From positions 7,829-71,828 of the forward strand of contig CAZJXF010000001.1 in assembly GCA_964549995.1 (NCBI GenBank): a DNA stretch of 64,000 nt, in the 5' to 3' direction. Within the stretch, counting starts at the first letter, position 1. The number at the start of each line of letters is the position of its first letter. A model generated the notes under the pieces. The model searched no databases and was not told the origin of the DNA. It was given only the letters and a program-made list of their open reading frames with translations. Positions 35,912 to 46,037 of this stretch are shown in pieces. Origin of the DNA: an uncultured Desulfatirhabdium sp. GTDB lineage: Bacteria; Desulfobacterota; Desulfobacteria; Desulfobacterales; Desulfatirhabdiaceae. Position numbers and translations under genes: made by a program.

Positions 35912-37111
35912 ATGGCTCCCGTTGAAATTGCACCAAACATTTATGATGTCGGTGTGAACGATTGGAATATCCGGGATTTTCACGGATATTCCACGCCGTT
36001 TGGATCCAGTTACAACGCATTTCTGATCGTCGATGAGAAAATCGCCCTCATCGATACGGTGAAGAAGGAATTCGCCGATGTACTGATCGCGAACATTTCG
36101 GCAATTGTCGATCCGAAAAAAGTCGATTTGGTGATCAGCAACCACACGGAAATGGACCATTCCGGTGGCCTGCCCCGGGTCATGCACCGGATCGGTGAAG
36201 ACAAACCCCTGTATTGCTCGAAGATGGGACAGAAAAACCTTTCGATGCATTATCCGCAGAAATGGAACCTGCACCCGGTCGGCACCGGAGAATCCCTTTC
36301 ATTGGGGCGGCGAACCCTGAGCTTTCTGGAAACCCGGATGGTTCACTGGCCGGACAGCATGTTCACCTACCTGAAGGAAGACGGCATTCTGTTCTCGAGT
36401 GACGGATTCGGGCAGCACTTCGCATCTCTGGAGAAATTCGACGATCGGCTGACGGCCGATATCATGCCGCATGCGCAGAAATATTTCGCCAACATTCTGA
36501 TGCTTTACGGCAATCTGATCGCGAAGCTTCTGGAAGAAGTCACTGCTATGAAACTCGATATCCGGATGATCTGTCCGGATCACGGGATCATCTGGCGGAA
36601 GGACCCGGGGAAAATCATCGCTGCATACGATCGCTGGAGCAGACAGGTCGCAACCCGCAAGGCGGTCGTGGTGTATGACACGATGTGGCATAGCACTGAG
36701 GCGATGGCTGATGCGATTTGTGAGGGGCTGTACGAGGCGGGGGTCGCCGCGAGACCGATGCATCTGCGCAGCTGGCACAGAAGCGACGTGATGACGGAGG
36801 TGTTGGATGCGGCTGCGGTCATTGTCGGATCGCCAACCCTCAACAACGGGCTGTTCCCGACGGTTTCGGATTTTCTGACCTACATGAAAGGCTTGAAACC
36901 CAAGAACAAACTCGGCGGGGCCTTTGGTTCCTACGGGTGGAGCGGCGAGGCGGTCAAACGGATTCAGGAAGAGCTGTCGGACATGAAATTCGAGATGGTT
37001 GCGGAGGGCATCCGTCACCAGTATGTTCCTGGGGCAGATGCGCTGGAAAAATGTCGGGAATACGGTCGGACGATCGGCAGGCGTGTCGTCGAAACGGTTC
37101 CGGCGTCCTGA
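35912..37111 (+). CDS. roo: flavodiiron protein (rubredoxin:oxygen oxidoreductase type)
   Basis: Metallo-beta-lactamase-like diiron motif ISNHTEMDHSGG and C-terminal flavodoxin domain VVVYDTMWHSTEAMA. Sits immediately after rubredoxin. Confidence 0.9.
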   Translation: MAPVEIAPNIYDVGVNDWNIRDFHGYSTPFGSSYNAFLIVDEKIALIDTVKKEFADVLIANISAIVDPKKVDLVISNHTEMDHSGGLPRVMHRIGEDKPLYCSKMGQKNLSMHYPQKWNLHPVGTGESLSLGRRTLSFLETRMVHWPDSMFTYLKEDGILFSSDGFGQHFASLEKFDDRLTADIMPHAQKYFANILMLYGNLIAKLLEEVTAMKLDIRMICPDHGIIWRKDPGKIIAAYDRWSRQVATRKAVVVYDTMWHSTEAMADAICEGLYEAGVAARPMHLRSWHRSDVMTEVLDAAAVIVGSPTLNNGLFPTVSDFLTYMKGLKPKNKLGGAFGSYGWSGEAVKRIQEELSDMKFEMVAEGIRHQYVPGADALEKCREYGRTIGRRVVETVPAS

Positions 37112-37246
37112 TTTTTCGGATATTTACTGCGAGATCAGATGGATGGACGACCAGCCGGTCGCCCATCCATCTGATCCACCTCTTTTCTCTCAACTCTGCA
37201 CACTCTCTGCTCTTATCTCTCGACTCTCTCCTCTTTTTCCTCCGCC

Positions 37247-38677
37247 TTACGCCGAAAGCATTTTCTTCAGTATCTCGTTGACCACTTGTGGATTGGCTTT
37301 GCCCTTGCTGGCTTTCATGACCTGCCCAACGAAAAAGCCCATCAATTTTTCCTTCCCTGCCCGATAATCCGCTGCTTCCTTAGGATTGGCGGCAATCACT
37401 TCTCGAACGATAGCTTCGATTTGAGCGCTGTCGGTCACCTGAACGAGTCCTTTTTCTTGAACGATGGCTTCGGCTTTTTTCCCGCTTGCCGCCATTTCCT
37501 CGAAGACCGTCTTGGCGATCTTGCCGCTGATGGTTCCCCGATCAATCAATTGGATCAATTCGGCCAAATCTTCCGGCTGAATGCGGATCGCATCGATTCC
37601 CGATCCTTCGGTTTTCAGCAAGGATAGCAGGGGGCCGATGATCCAGTTGCAGCTGCCCTTCGGGTTGCCGGAGTGCTCTGCACATCGTTCGAAATAGTGG
37701 GCGAGCTCCCGATCCGAGGTCAAGATGGCGGCATCGTAGCTGGAAAGACCGTAGGCTTCCATAAATCGCTTTCGCTTGGCATCCGGCAGTTCGGGAAGGG
37801 TTCGTTCGATTTCCTGTATCCAGGCATCATCGATGTGCAGCGGAACGAGATCCGGATCCGGAAAATAGCGGTAATCGTGAGCCTCCTCCTTCCCGCGCAT
37901 CGAGAAGGTTTGCTGGGTAGCCGTATCCCAAAGCCGGGTTTCCTGGATCACGCTTCCGCCATCCAGAACGACGTCGATTTGGCGCCGGATTTCATACTGA
38001 AGGGCCTTTTCGATGAACCGGAAGGAGTTGACGTTCTTGATCTCGGTTCGGGTTCCGAAGCCTTCGCTTCCCTTGGGGCGAATGGATACGTTGGCGTCGC
38101 ATCGGAAAGAGCCTTCTTCCATGTTTCCGTCACAAATGTCCAGATACCGTAGAATGCTGTGCAGGCTCTTGAGGTAAGCGACGGCTTCCTCCGGGGTGCG
38201 CATGTCGGGCTCGCTCACGATTTCGATGAGTGGTACCCCGGTCCGGTTGAGATCGACACGGCTGAAGGCGCCGCCGGGATCATGTAGAAGTTTTCCGGCA
38301 TCCTCCTCCATGTGAATGCGGGTGATACCGATCCGCTTGGTTCCATCTTCCAGGGAAATGTCGATCCACCCATGATGGCAGATCGGCTGTTCGTACTGAC
38401 TGATCTGGTAGCCTTTCGGTAAATCCGGATAGAAGTAGTTCTTGCGTGCAAACCGGCTTTCCGTTGAAATGCGGCAATGGGTTGCCAGACCCATGCGGAT
38501 GGCATATTCGACGACTTTCCGATTCAGTACCGGCAGAACACCGGGCATTCCGAGGCAGACAGGGCAGACCTGGGTGTTCGGTGCGGCACCGAATGACGTG
38601 GAACAACCGCAGAAGATTTTGGTCGCTGTTTTCAGTTGGGCATGAACTTCCAGACCGATAACGGCTTCAAATTCCAT
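37247..38677 (-). CDS. gatB: Asp/Glu-tRNA amidotransferase subunit B
   Basis: [25 protein letters not shown]...[15 protein letters not shown]..., 476 aa. Confidence 0.93.
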   Translation of the reverse strand: MEFEAVIGLEVHAQLKTATKIFCGCSTSFGAAPNTQVCPVCLGMPGVLPVLNRKVVEYAIRMGLATHCRISTESRFARKNYFYPDLPKGYQISQYEQPICHHGWIDISLEDGTKRIGITRIHMEEDAGKLLHDPGGAFSRVDLNRTGVPLIEIVSEPDMRTPEEAVAYLKSLHSILRYLDICDGNMEEGSFRCDANVSIRPKGSEGFGTRTEIKNVNSFRFIEKALQYEIRRQIDVVLDGGSVIQETRLWDTATQQTFSMRGKEEAHDYRYFPDPDLVPLHIDDAWIQEIERTLPELPDAKRKRFMEAYGLSSYDAAILTSDRELAHYFERCAEHSGNPKGSCNWIIGPLLSLLKTEGSGIDAIRIQPEDLAELIQLIDRGTISGKIAKTVFEEMAASGKKAEAIVQEKGLVQVTDSAQIEAIVREVIAANPKEAADYRAGKEKLMGFFVGQVMKASKGKANPQVVNEILKKMLSA

Positions 38678-38712
38678 GTATCAGGTTTCCTTTGCCGGAT
38701 AGTTTGAAGAAT

Positions 38713-38864
38713 GACGACTTCGCAAAAAGGCCGGATGCTGTGTCGTGCTGCATCCCTCGTCGCTGCGGCGTACGTCTAAGTACGCCTCACAGACGGGATT
38801 TGCACTCATTGCCTGCGGCCTTTTTGCGAAGTCGTCAATAGGATCGACTTTTTGCGGGGCCATC
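38713..38864 (+). mobile_element. MITE-B copy
   Basis: GACGACTTCGCAAAAAGGCCG ... CGGCCTTTTTGCGAAGTCGTC outer stem, plus a trailing GACTTTTTGCGGGGCCATC. Confidence 0.85.
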
Positions 38865-39008
38865 GAGAATGCTCGGCATCCTAAAACGAGCCATCCGTTC
38901 CGTCAAGATGAAAGGGGAACAGGAAAAGGCCGTTTTTTCCTTGACAGGCATTCATGCCTCTCCTATTTAGGCGGTTGAATTTTCCTTCATTTTTTGCAGG
39001 AGGCGGTC

Positions 39009-39491
39009 ATGCAGATGTTGCGATGGATAACCGTTTGGATCGGATGTGCCATCATACTGACGGGCTGTGGGTTGACCCGTCTGGACGATGCCAAGCCGAT
39101 TGCGAAAAAATACCGTCTTCCCGTGAAAGAAGAAACTCAGGAAGGCACCTGGATCGCCAAGGATATTCAGATCGGATATCGTTACCGCATCATCGCACCC
39201 GGAACCCTCGAGCTGAGCGGGGATCTCGTCCTCGACAACTATCTGGTTACCGGATTTACGGTGATCGATCATTTGTCGCTTTCCGTACGTTTTTTGGATG
39301 CAGAAGGTCGAGTTCACGGTCAGAAAGCGATCTATCTCGTTGGCGGAAGACAACCTATCGATCAACGCATGCAATTTGACCGCAGTCTTCCGCTCCCGGA
39401 AGGGACGCAGGCCTTTTCCTTTTCCTACAGTGGTGAGGTATCCGCCAGTGGAGATGAAGACGGCCGGAGCAACTACAGCTTTTGGTTTTAA
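39009..39491 (+). CDS. lipoprotein, unknown function
   Basis: ATG 39009 lies after AGGAGG. Lipobox ILTGC. Confidence 0.6.
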   Translation: MQMLRWITVWIGCAIILTGCGLTRLDDAKPIAKKYRLPVKEETQEGTWIAKDIQIGYRYRIIAPGTLELSGDLVLDNYLVTGFTVIDHLSLSVRFLDAEGRVHGQKAIYLVGGRQPIDQRMQFDRSLPLPEGTQAFSFSYSGEVSASGDEDGRSNYSFWF

Positions 39492-39562
39492 TGCCGGAAC
39501 GTTTTTCTGAAATCCATTCGAAAGTTCCCCCCCCGTTTCCCCTATTCGGAAGACAATGAACG

Positions 39563-40759
39563 GTGGAGCAACGCACCTACAACATTCTGATGTATTCCCA
39601 TGACACTTACGGTCTGGGACATATCCGCAGAACGATGGCCATAGCGGAGCACCTGAAGGGCCCGAATGTCAACGTTCTGATCCTGACCGGATCCCCCATC
39701 GTCGGCCGGTTTTCCTTTTCCGAACAGATTGATTTCGTCCGGATTCCGGGCATGATCAAGAAAACCAACGAGGAATACCTGCCGCTTTCCATTCGAATCC
39801 ATCCAGCGCATGCCGTAGACATTCGAAAAAGCATTATCACGGCTACGGCAAAGGCGTTCCAGCCGGATCTCTTCATCGTAGACAAGGAACCTCTGGGCCT
39901 CAAGAAGGAGGTTCTGCCGACCCTCGAATGGTTCCGTCGCTGTTTGCCCAAGACCCGGACGATTCTGGGTCTTCGAGACATCATGGACGAAGCCGCTACC
40001 GTGGTGTTGGACTGGAAAAAGAAGGGGGTCTATTCCGTTCTGGACCGGCTGTACAGTGAAATCTGGATTTACGGAAACCAGGAGATCTACGATCCGGTGG
40101 TGGAATATGACATTCCCCAAGCCATCGGACAGAAGATGATCTATACGGGATATATCCCGCGCAAGGTTCCTGGACCGGAGATCGCCCGGAAACTTCGCCG
40201 AAAATTCGGCGTCCGGGAAAAGGAAAAGGTTGTTCTGGTGACAACCGGTGGCGGTGGGGATGGATACCCCGTCATCGATACCTATCTGTGCATGCTCGAG
40301 CGGTTTGCCTGCGGGACGCCCATTCGAAGCTTGATCGTGACGGGTCCGTTCATGCCGGCCGAGGAGCGCGATGACGTTCACGCCCGGGCGAAGCGTCTCG
40401 GAATCCGGTGTTGGGATTTCTATGCAAAAATGGAAAACCTGATCGCAGCATCCGATCTGGTCGTTTGCATGGGCGGCTACAACACCATCTGTGAAATCCT
40501 GTCGCAGAAAACGTTGGCGCTTGTCATTCCCCGGGAAATTCCTCGAAAGGAACAACTGATTCGGGCCATGGCCATGAAGAACAGGCAACTGGTCGACTAC
40601 ATCCCCTGGAGCCAGATGACTCCTGAGGCCATGCACGACAAAATCACCGATCTGCTCTGCTCTCCGCAACGGTATCAGGACGCCATCCAGGACTTTTCCC
40701 TGACAGGGCTTTGCATCATGCGGGATCGTCTCGCCTTCTTTCAGCAATCCTTCCCCTAA
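39563..40759 (+). CDS. GT-B fold glycosyltransferase (GT28 C-terminal-like)
   Basis: GTG start (alternative ATG at 39590). YSHDTYGLGHIRR N-terminal motif, C-terminal ...MGGYNTICEILS. Confidence 0.7.
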   Translation: MEQRTYNILMYSHDTYGLGHIRRTMAIAEHLKGPNVNVLILTGSPIVGRFSFSEQIDFVRIPGMIKKTNEEYLPLSIRIHPAHAVDIRKSIITATAKAFQPDLFIVDKEPLGLKKEVLPTLEWFRRCLPKTRTILGLRDIMDEAATVVLDWKKKGVYSVLDRLYSEIWIYGNQEIYDPVVEYDIPQAIGQKMIYTGYIPRKVPGPEIARKLRRKFGVREKEKVVLVTTGGGGDGYPVIDTYLCMLERFACGTPIRSLIVTGPFMPAEERDDVHARAKRLGIRCWDFYAKMENLIAASDLVVCMGGYNTICEILSQKTLALVIPREIPRKEQLIRAMAMKNRQLVDYIPWSQMTPEAMHDKITDLLCSPQRYQDAIQDFSLTGLCIMRDRLAFFQQSFP

Positions 40760-40768
40760 GTCACCCGC

Positions 40769-42004
40769 ATGGATACGCCGACCATCGGTTTGATTCTCAA
40801 GGGATATCCCCGCATCTCCGAAACCTTCATTTCCAACGAAATCCTGTTGCTGGAAGAAATGGGGTTTCGGTTTCATCTCTTTTCCATGCGAAAACCGCGG
40901 GAGTCCTTCTCCCACAGGAGTGTTTCCCGTATCCAGGCAACGGTGGATTATCTTCCGGAGACAATCCTGCGGGGAATGGGGATGTTTTTGGCTTCCAGCG
41001 CCAGGCTTGCCTCGAGCCGGCCGGAATCCTTTCGATCGGCATGGCACCTCGCAGGTAGGCGTTTTCTTCGAACGCGAAAGACCGCTTCGATCAAACACAT
41101 CCTGCAGGCCGCCTATCTCGTCGATCGTCTGCTGCCGCATTATTCGATCGACCGCTTTCACGCCCACTTCGCCCACTCACCCACATCCGTCGCCCTCTAT
41201 GCCCACATGTTAAGCGGGATCCCGTTTGGGTTTACGGCCCATGCCAAGGATATCTATACCTCCGATCCCATCCAACTTGCTGAAAAGATCGATCGAGCCG
41301 CATTTGTCATCACCTGCACCGAATACAACCGACGCTACCTCGATCAGCTGCCGAAAAGCGGAAATACGCCGCTGTTTCGGGTGTATCATGGCATCGATCT
41401 CAGGTTGTTCACCTCGAACGAGGCCCCCATTCGCCCAACGGCTCCTTACCGGGTGCTGACGGTCGCCCGACTGACAGCCAAAAAAGGGATTCACACGGTG
41501 CTGTCGGCCCTCGGTTTGCTGCAGGATTGGGGAGTGGATTTCCGATACACGGTCATCGGAGACGGAGAAGAAAAGGAAAACCTGATGCGACTGGCCGACG
41601 ATCTGGGACTTCAGGGACGGATCGTCTGGATGGGTACCCAACCCCATGACGTTGTGCTGGATCAGTATCGGAACAGTGATGTCTTCGTGATCGGATGTGA
41701 AGTGGCTGCCAATGGCGATCGGGATGGCATTCCGAATGTTCTGGCGGAAAGCATGGCGATGGGGGTTCCGGTGGTCGCTACACGGGTGTCCGCCATACCG
41801 GAGCTGGTGAAGCACGAAACATCGGGTCTTCTGGTGGAACCCGGGCAACCTCATGCGATGGCGCAGGCCATCGAGCGGATGTTGACGGACGAGGCGCTTC
41901 GTTCCAGGGTGATGGATACTGCGAAGCAGGTCGTTTCAGAGCGTTTCGACAACCGGAAATGGATTCGAAGGCTTGCGGACATTCATTTGAGTAGTGGGCA
42001 GTAG
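40769..42004 (+). CDS. glycosyltransferase family 4
   Basis: GDGEEKENL...DGIPNVLAESMAMGVPVVATRVSAIPELV (EX7E region). The last codons lie in a heptamer array. Confidence 0.8.
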   Translation: MDTPTIGLILKGYPRISETFISNEILLLEEMGFRFHLFSMRKPRESFSHRSVSRIQATVDYLPETILRGMGMFLASSARLASSRPESFRSAWHLAGRRFLRTRKTASIKHILQAAYLVDRLLPHYSIDRFHAHFAHSPTSVALYAHMLSGIPFGFTAHAKDIYTSDPIQLAEKIDRAAFVITCTEYNRRYLDQLPKSGNTPLFRVYHGIDLRLFTSNEAPIRPTAPYRVLTVARLTAKKGIHTVLSALGLLQDWGVDFRYTVIGDGEEKENLMRLADDLGLQGRIVWMGTQPHDVVLDQYRNSDVFVIGCEVAANGDRDGIPNVLAESMAMGVPVVATRVSAIPELVKHETSGLLVEPGQPHAMAQAIERMLTDEALRSRVMDTAKQVVSERFDNRKWIRRLADIHLSSGQ

Positions 42005-42040
42005 GCAGTGGGCAGTGGGCAGTGGGCAGTGGGCAGTGTG
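41993..42040 (+). repeat. 7-nt tandem array GGGCAGT family (~7 units)
   Basis: Includes the TAG stop of the GT4 gene at 42002-42004. Four consecutive GGG-CAGT units lie at about 42009-42036. Confidence 0.85.
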
Positions 42041-42053
42041 GCCCGTTACAGAT

Positions 42054-42320
42054 GATGGACTCTCAAAAAGTCGCCACATACCGCTTTCCTTCCAATGCCG
42101 GGCTTCCAGCAGGAGGGTGGGTGGTGTTTTGCGAAGCAGCGGAAACGTGTTTGAAGCAGCCCGATCCTACGAGATCGGGCTGCTGAGTTTTTCCGATGCG
42201 CAAGCAAAATGCACCCGCACTCCTGCGGGTTCAACGAGGTTGAGGGTAAGCCGACGTTCTGAATTCCTGTTTTCGGGTGGCTGTTGCCTCCTGTTTTCCC
42301 CGACTTTCTGCGATGGCATC
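42054..42320 (-). mobile_element. MITE-A copy (inverted orientation, right end degenerate)
   Basis: GATGGACTCTCAAAAAGTC ... CGACTTTCTGCGATGGCATC. Its interior matches 3311-3479. Confidence 0.7.
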
Positions 42321-42355
42321 GAAGATGAGGCTATTGCAGCAGGTTGCCCCCTGGC

Positions 42356-42844
42356 TTAACCGCCACAATGCTTTCGCATCACTTCCGCATATCGTTCGGA
42401 AGACTCCCGCATCCGCTGCAGACTGTGGCGGGAAACCTCTACATAATCCACGGCCTTCATGTCGCAGAACCGCACACACTGCGGATCTCCATCACAAAGA
42501 TCGCATTTGAAGACTTTTTTCTGATCGGGATCATATCCCATGGCACCGAAGGGGCAGGCCGAGACACAGAGCTTGCAGCCGATGCACAGGTCGTAGTCGA
42601 TGACGACCCGGTCAAGGGACTCGTCCCTCGATATGGCCTTTTTCGGGCAGATGGCCATGCAGGGCGCATCTTCACAATGCTGACAATGCATGGGCAGGTA
42701 GAAGCCTTCTTGATCCCATTTGATGATGTGAATGGCGGATTTGGCCGGGTTGCTCACGCCCATGTGTTTCACCGAGCAGATGATTTCGCAGAGCCGGCAT
42801 CCCGTGCATCGTTCTGGATCGACAACATAGATTTTCTTGGACAT
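42356..42844 (-). CDS. 4Fe-4S ferredoxin-type electron-transfer subunit
   Basis: CTGCRLCEIIC, CQHCEDAPC, CIGCKLCVSACP, CDLC...C motifs. Sits downstream of aor. Confidence 0.85.
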   Translation of the reverse strand: MSKKIYVVDPERCTGCRLCEIICSVKHMGVSNPAKSAIHIIKWDQEGFYLPMHCQHCEDAPCMAICPKKAISRDESLDRVVIDYDLCIGCKLCVSACPFGAMGYDPDQKKVFKCDLCDGDPQCVRFCDMKAVDYVEVSRHSLQRMRESSERYAEVMRKHCGG

Positions 42845-42877
42845 GCTGGGTGTTCTCCTTTTCTATGCCGAAACGCA

Positions 42878-44785
42878 TCATGCCTTGTCTGCAGTGAGAT
42901 CGGCGATTCCAAGACGCTCGAGAAGTTCAGGGGTCGGCACACCGTTTTCATCCCATTCATGCAACCGATAGTATTCATCGATCATGGCCTTGAACTTTTC
43001 CCGGTCGATGCATTTTCCTCTGGCAACCGGAAGCCCCAGCTTGGTCGGTTCGTCGAAATAGCGATCCGGAAGCCAATCGTCCGCCCGTGTCATGCCTTCC
43101 CGTAGGTTGAACAGACGCTCGATGGTGTAGCAGCGGTTGGCGATGTCCCAAATCTCCTTCGGGCTCAGCTCGAGGCCGGTGTTGAGCTGGATCAGCTTTG
43201 AGAATTCACCGAAAGTCGGATGGTTGGGGCTCAGAAAGACCGTGTGGTATTTACATACCCCCAGACAATCCACAGCCATGTAATTTAGCTCCTGCCACAT
43301 CACCATTCGGGCCTTGCCTTCGTATTCGCTGTAGTTGTTTGTCAGCGGGCCGTCGTATCCATCCGGTTGGCGGTAGACCTTGTCGAGCACCTTCATGGGA
43401 AGGTTATACAGATCGATGGCGGGTCTCCCGCGCAGGTGATCCGCCCCTCGGGAGCTCACGGCGATGTTGAGTGCAAGAGAAGGCGTGGCCCGCTCGTCCG
43501 AATGCAGATTGCTCATGCCTTTGACATGAATCAGGTATTTCCAGCTTTCCGGCCCGATTCGGTTCGCAGCGCCTCTGGGGCCCTCAGCCAAGATATCGCC
43601 GATATCCTCGCGGAAGGCGATCCGTCGGATCATTTCGAGGACCACATCGTCCTTTCCCCATTCGAGAGCAAGTCCGTTGGTATCGGCATCCGCCAGGAGT
43701 CCTTTTTCATAGCATTCCATGGCCCAGGCGATCATGCTGCCTGTCTCGAGCGTATCCATTCCATAGTCGTTTACCAGATGGTTGGCCGTCAGGATCGTGT
43801 TCATGCTCCGGCAGCCTACTTCCGTTCCGAAGGCGCCCTGGCTTGTGTATTCCGGCCCCTGGGCGTAGGTTCCGGCATAGGGGCCCTCTTGAATGATGTA
43901 TCGATGCCGACAATGGACCTGGCATCCGAAGCATCCGTCGACGCCGATGCTGTATTTGTCGAGATTTTCGGCTTCGATGTCCTCGCTGTCCGGAAGCTGG
44001 TTGTACTGGAAATTGCGGGTTCGCACGAGGCCTGTCGTGTTGGTGACTCCGAAAATGAACCCGGTGCCCCAGCGCTGCATGATTTGGCTGACCTTTGTGG
44101 AGATGACCTGGTCGATGATTTCCTTGTTGTATTCGAGGGCTTCCACCGGATGTTTGATGGACAGATCCATCGTTCCTCTGCAGGCGATGGCCTTGAGGTT
44201 TTTCGATCCGAGCACCGCACCCATGCCGGTTCTTCCGGCGGCATTCTTCCGGCCCGTCATGACGCAGGCGAAACGAACGAGGTTCTCGCCTGCAGGTCCG
44301 ATGCATAGAATCTGGGTTTCCTCGTCACCGAGTTCCTTGCGGATTTTATCCTGCGTGTCGTAAACCCCCAATCCCCAGATCTTTGCGGCATCTCGGATTT
44401 CGATCTTGCCGTTGTTGATATACAGGTAGACCGGTTTTTCCGCCTTTCCTTTGATGACCAGATGATCGAAACCCGCCCAACGCATTTCCGGACCGAAGAA
44501 TCCCCCCATATTGGCCGAGCCGGTGAGACCCGTCAGGGGAGATTTGGCCATGACGTGCGTTCTGGCCGAAGCCGATGCCATGGTGCCTACCAGAAGTCCG
44601 GCGCTGATGATGGCCGCATTGTCTGGCCCGAGCGGATCGCAGCCTTTCGGGGTGTTCCGATAGAGCAGGAATGCATCCAGGCCCCGACCGCCGATGAATT
44701 GTTTTCGCCATTCGATGGGAATCGGCTCGATGTCGATTCGATCCGTTGTAAGATCGATCGTGGCGATCTTTCGATCCAATGCCAT
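42878..44785 (-). CDS. aor: aldehyde:ferredoxin oxidoreductase family (tungsten/molybdopterin)
   Basis: 635 aa. N-terminal IATIDLTTDRIDIEPIP...GGRGL. Cluster ligands DGCFGCQVHC (CX2CX3C). Confidence 0.88.
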   Translation of the reverse strand: MALDRKIATIDLTTDRIDIEPIPIEWRKQFIGGRGLDAFLLYRNTPKGCDPLGPDNAAIISAGLLVGTMASASARTHVMAKSPLTGLTGSANMGGFFGPEMRWAGFDHLVIKGKAEKPVYLYINNGKIEIRDAAKIWGLGVYDTQDKIRKELGDEETQILCIGPAGENLVRFACVMTGRKNAAGRTGMGAVLGSKNLKAIACRGTMDLSIKHPVEALEYNKEIIDQVISTKVSQIMQRWGTGFIFGVTNTTGLVRTRNFQYNQLPDSEDIEAENLDKYSIGVDGCFGCQVHCRHRYIIQEGPYAGTYAQGPEYTSQGAFGTEVGCRSMNTILTANHLVNDYGMDTLETGSMIAWAMECYEKGLLADADTNGLALEWGKDDVVLEMIRRIAFREDIGDILAEGPRGAANRIGPESWKYLIHVKGMSNLHSDERATPSLALNIAVSSRGADHLRGRPAIDLYNLPMKVLDKVYRQPDGYDGPLTNNYSEYEGKARMVMWQELNYMAVDCLGVCKYHTVFLSPNHPTFGEFSKLIQLNTGLELSPKEIWDIANRCYTIERLFNLREGMTRADDWLPDRYFDEPTKLGLPVARGKCIDREKFKAMIDEYYRLHEWDENGVPTPELLERLGIADLTADKA

Positions 44786-44805
44786 AACCTCTCCTTTCTA
44801 TGCAT

Positions 44806-45018
44806 TCAAATGGATTGATCGAGACCGGTCGGATAGTTCTCCCACACGGGTCCACGAATTTTTGCGGTTTTGGGATATGGCCAGGAAATGCGCCATTCAA
44901 TGCCGCAGTTAGGGCATGTGGCTCGTTCCGACCCCGGCGCGGGCCGAAACCGCGCAAAGCAGGTCAAGCATCGAACTTCCCCATCCCGGGGGCCTTCCAA
45001 GATTTTGTTGACTTTCAT
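44806..45018 (-). CDS. small zinc-ribbon protein (70 aa) leading the aor operon
   Basis: Strong RBS AAGGAGGG 5 nt upstream. CLTC...CPNC. Sits 21 nt upstream of aor. Confidence 0.6.
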   Translation of the reverse strand: MKVNKILEGPRDGEVRCLTCFARFRPAPGSERATCPNCGIEWRISWPYPKTAKIRGPVWENYPTGLDQSI

Positions 45019-45132
45019 TCCGCCCTCCTTGTTCAGGTTGATGAACCTTTCTCTGGGATGTAGCTATGTATCAGCTATGTGTAGAAAGTCAAGGAGAATT
45101 TTATGAAACCTTATAAGTTCGTTAAAACGAGG

Positions 45133-45161
45133 TTGACAAGGGGGGATCTCTACCCTATAGA
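45133..45161 (+). promoter_or_regulatory. sigma-70-like promoter for iclR
   Basis: TTGACA (45133-45138), 17-nt spacer, TATAGA (45156-45161), about 80 nt upstream of ATG 45240. Confidence 0.4.
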
Positions 45162-45239
45162 GAGCGGAACAGCCGTTCATTATGCTGAATGAATGGCTGT
45201 GGGATGGAAAGAATACGTCTGACTTATTAAAGGAACTAT

Positions 45240-46007
45240 ATGGCAACCACCTACAAGGCTCCGGCCGTTCAAAAGGCCTTTCAGATTCTTAAGGCCATCA
45301 TCGATTCCGGATCGTCTCTGGGCATCAGCGATCTTTCCCGCAAATTGGATATTAGTAAAAGCACCGTCCATGGCTTGTTGAGTTCCTTGATCGAGGTCGG
45401 GGCACTCGAGCGAACCAACTCCGGGAAAGCGTTCATCTTGGGGCCGGCTCTCGTAGACATCGCATTTCGGAGTTGGAGCTATCTCTTTACCAGTAAGGCT
45501 GTGGCGGTCATTCTCGACGAACTGCGGGACGTCATCGGTCATACCGTCTTCTTGGGCGTTTTGAGTCGAAACCAGGCCGTTATCGTCGCGACTGCGGCAT
45601 CCCGGAATCCACTTGCCATTTCTTCCCCTCCGGGGACCACCATCCCCATGCCTGCGGGGGCTCTCGGAAAACTCTATCTGGCCTCACTCGATCCGAATGA
45701 GGCCATAAACATCTTGACAAAAATGGGGCTGACACCGTACACAGAGCGCTCGATCATGGCGCTTCCGCTCTATCTGGAGGCCTGCGATCGGGTTCGAAGG
45801 GAAGGGTTTGCCTTCGATGACGAGGAATATATCCCTGGGGTTCGGGCGGTGGCCACCCGTGTCGGTTATTACCGGGGGTTGCTTCTGGCCTTGTGGGTGG
45901 TCGGTTTTTCGAAGGATTTGGGGCAATATGAATCAAGCGCGCTTTTGGAAGCATTGCGCTCCGGCGCCGAACGAATCCGGGAAGAGCTGGAGCGTTCGGG
46001 AGACTGA
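45240..46007 (+). CDS. IclR-family transcriptional regulator
   Basis: N-terminal wHTH AVQKAFQILKAIIDSGSSLGISDLSRKLDISKSTVHGLL plus a C-terminal effector domain. Confidence 0.85.
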   Translation: MATTYKAPAVQKAFQILKAIIDSGSSLGISDLSRKLDISKSTVHGLLSSLIEVGALERTNSGKAFILGPALVDIAFRSWSYLFTSKAVAVILDELRDVIGHTVFLGVLSRNQAVIVATAASRNPLAISSPPGTTIPMPAGALGKLYLASLDPNEAINILTKMGLTPYTERSIMALPLYLEACDRVRREGFAFDDEEYIPGVRAVATRVGYYRGLLLALWVVGFSKDLGQYESSALLEALRSGAERIREELERSGD

Positions 46008-46037
46008 TCGCTCCAAGACAATAGGATTGGGGAGGGC

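Noticed and set aside
38745-38978. Repeated small ORFs starting MLHPSSLRRTSKYAS... (also 48118-48333 and 59523-59756)
   Set aside because: These are translation artefacts of MITE-B. Conservation is at the DNA hairpin level and there is no RBS.
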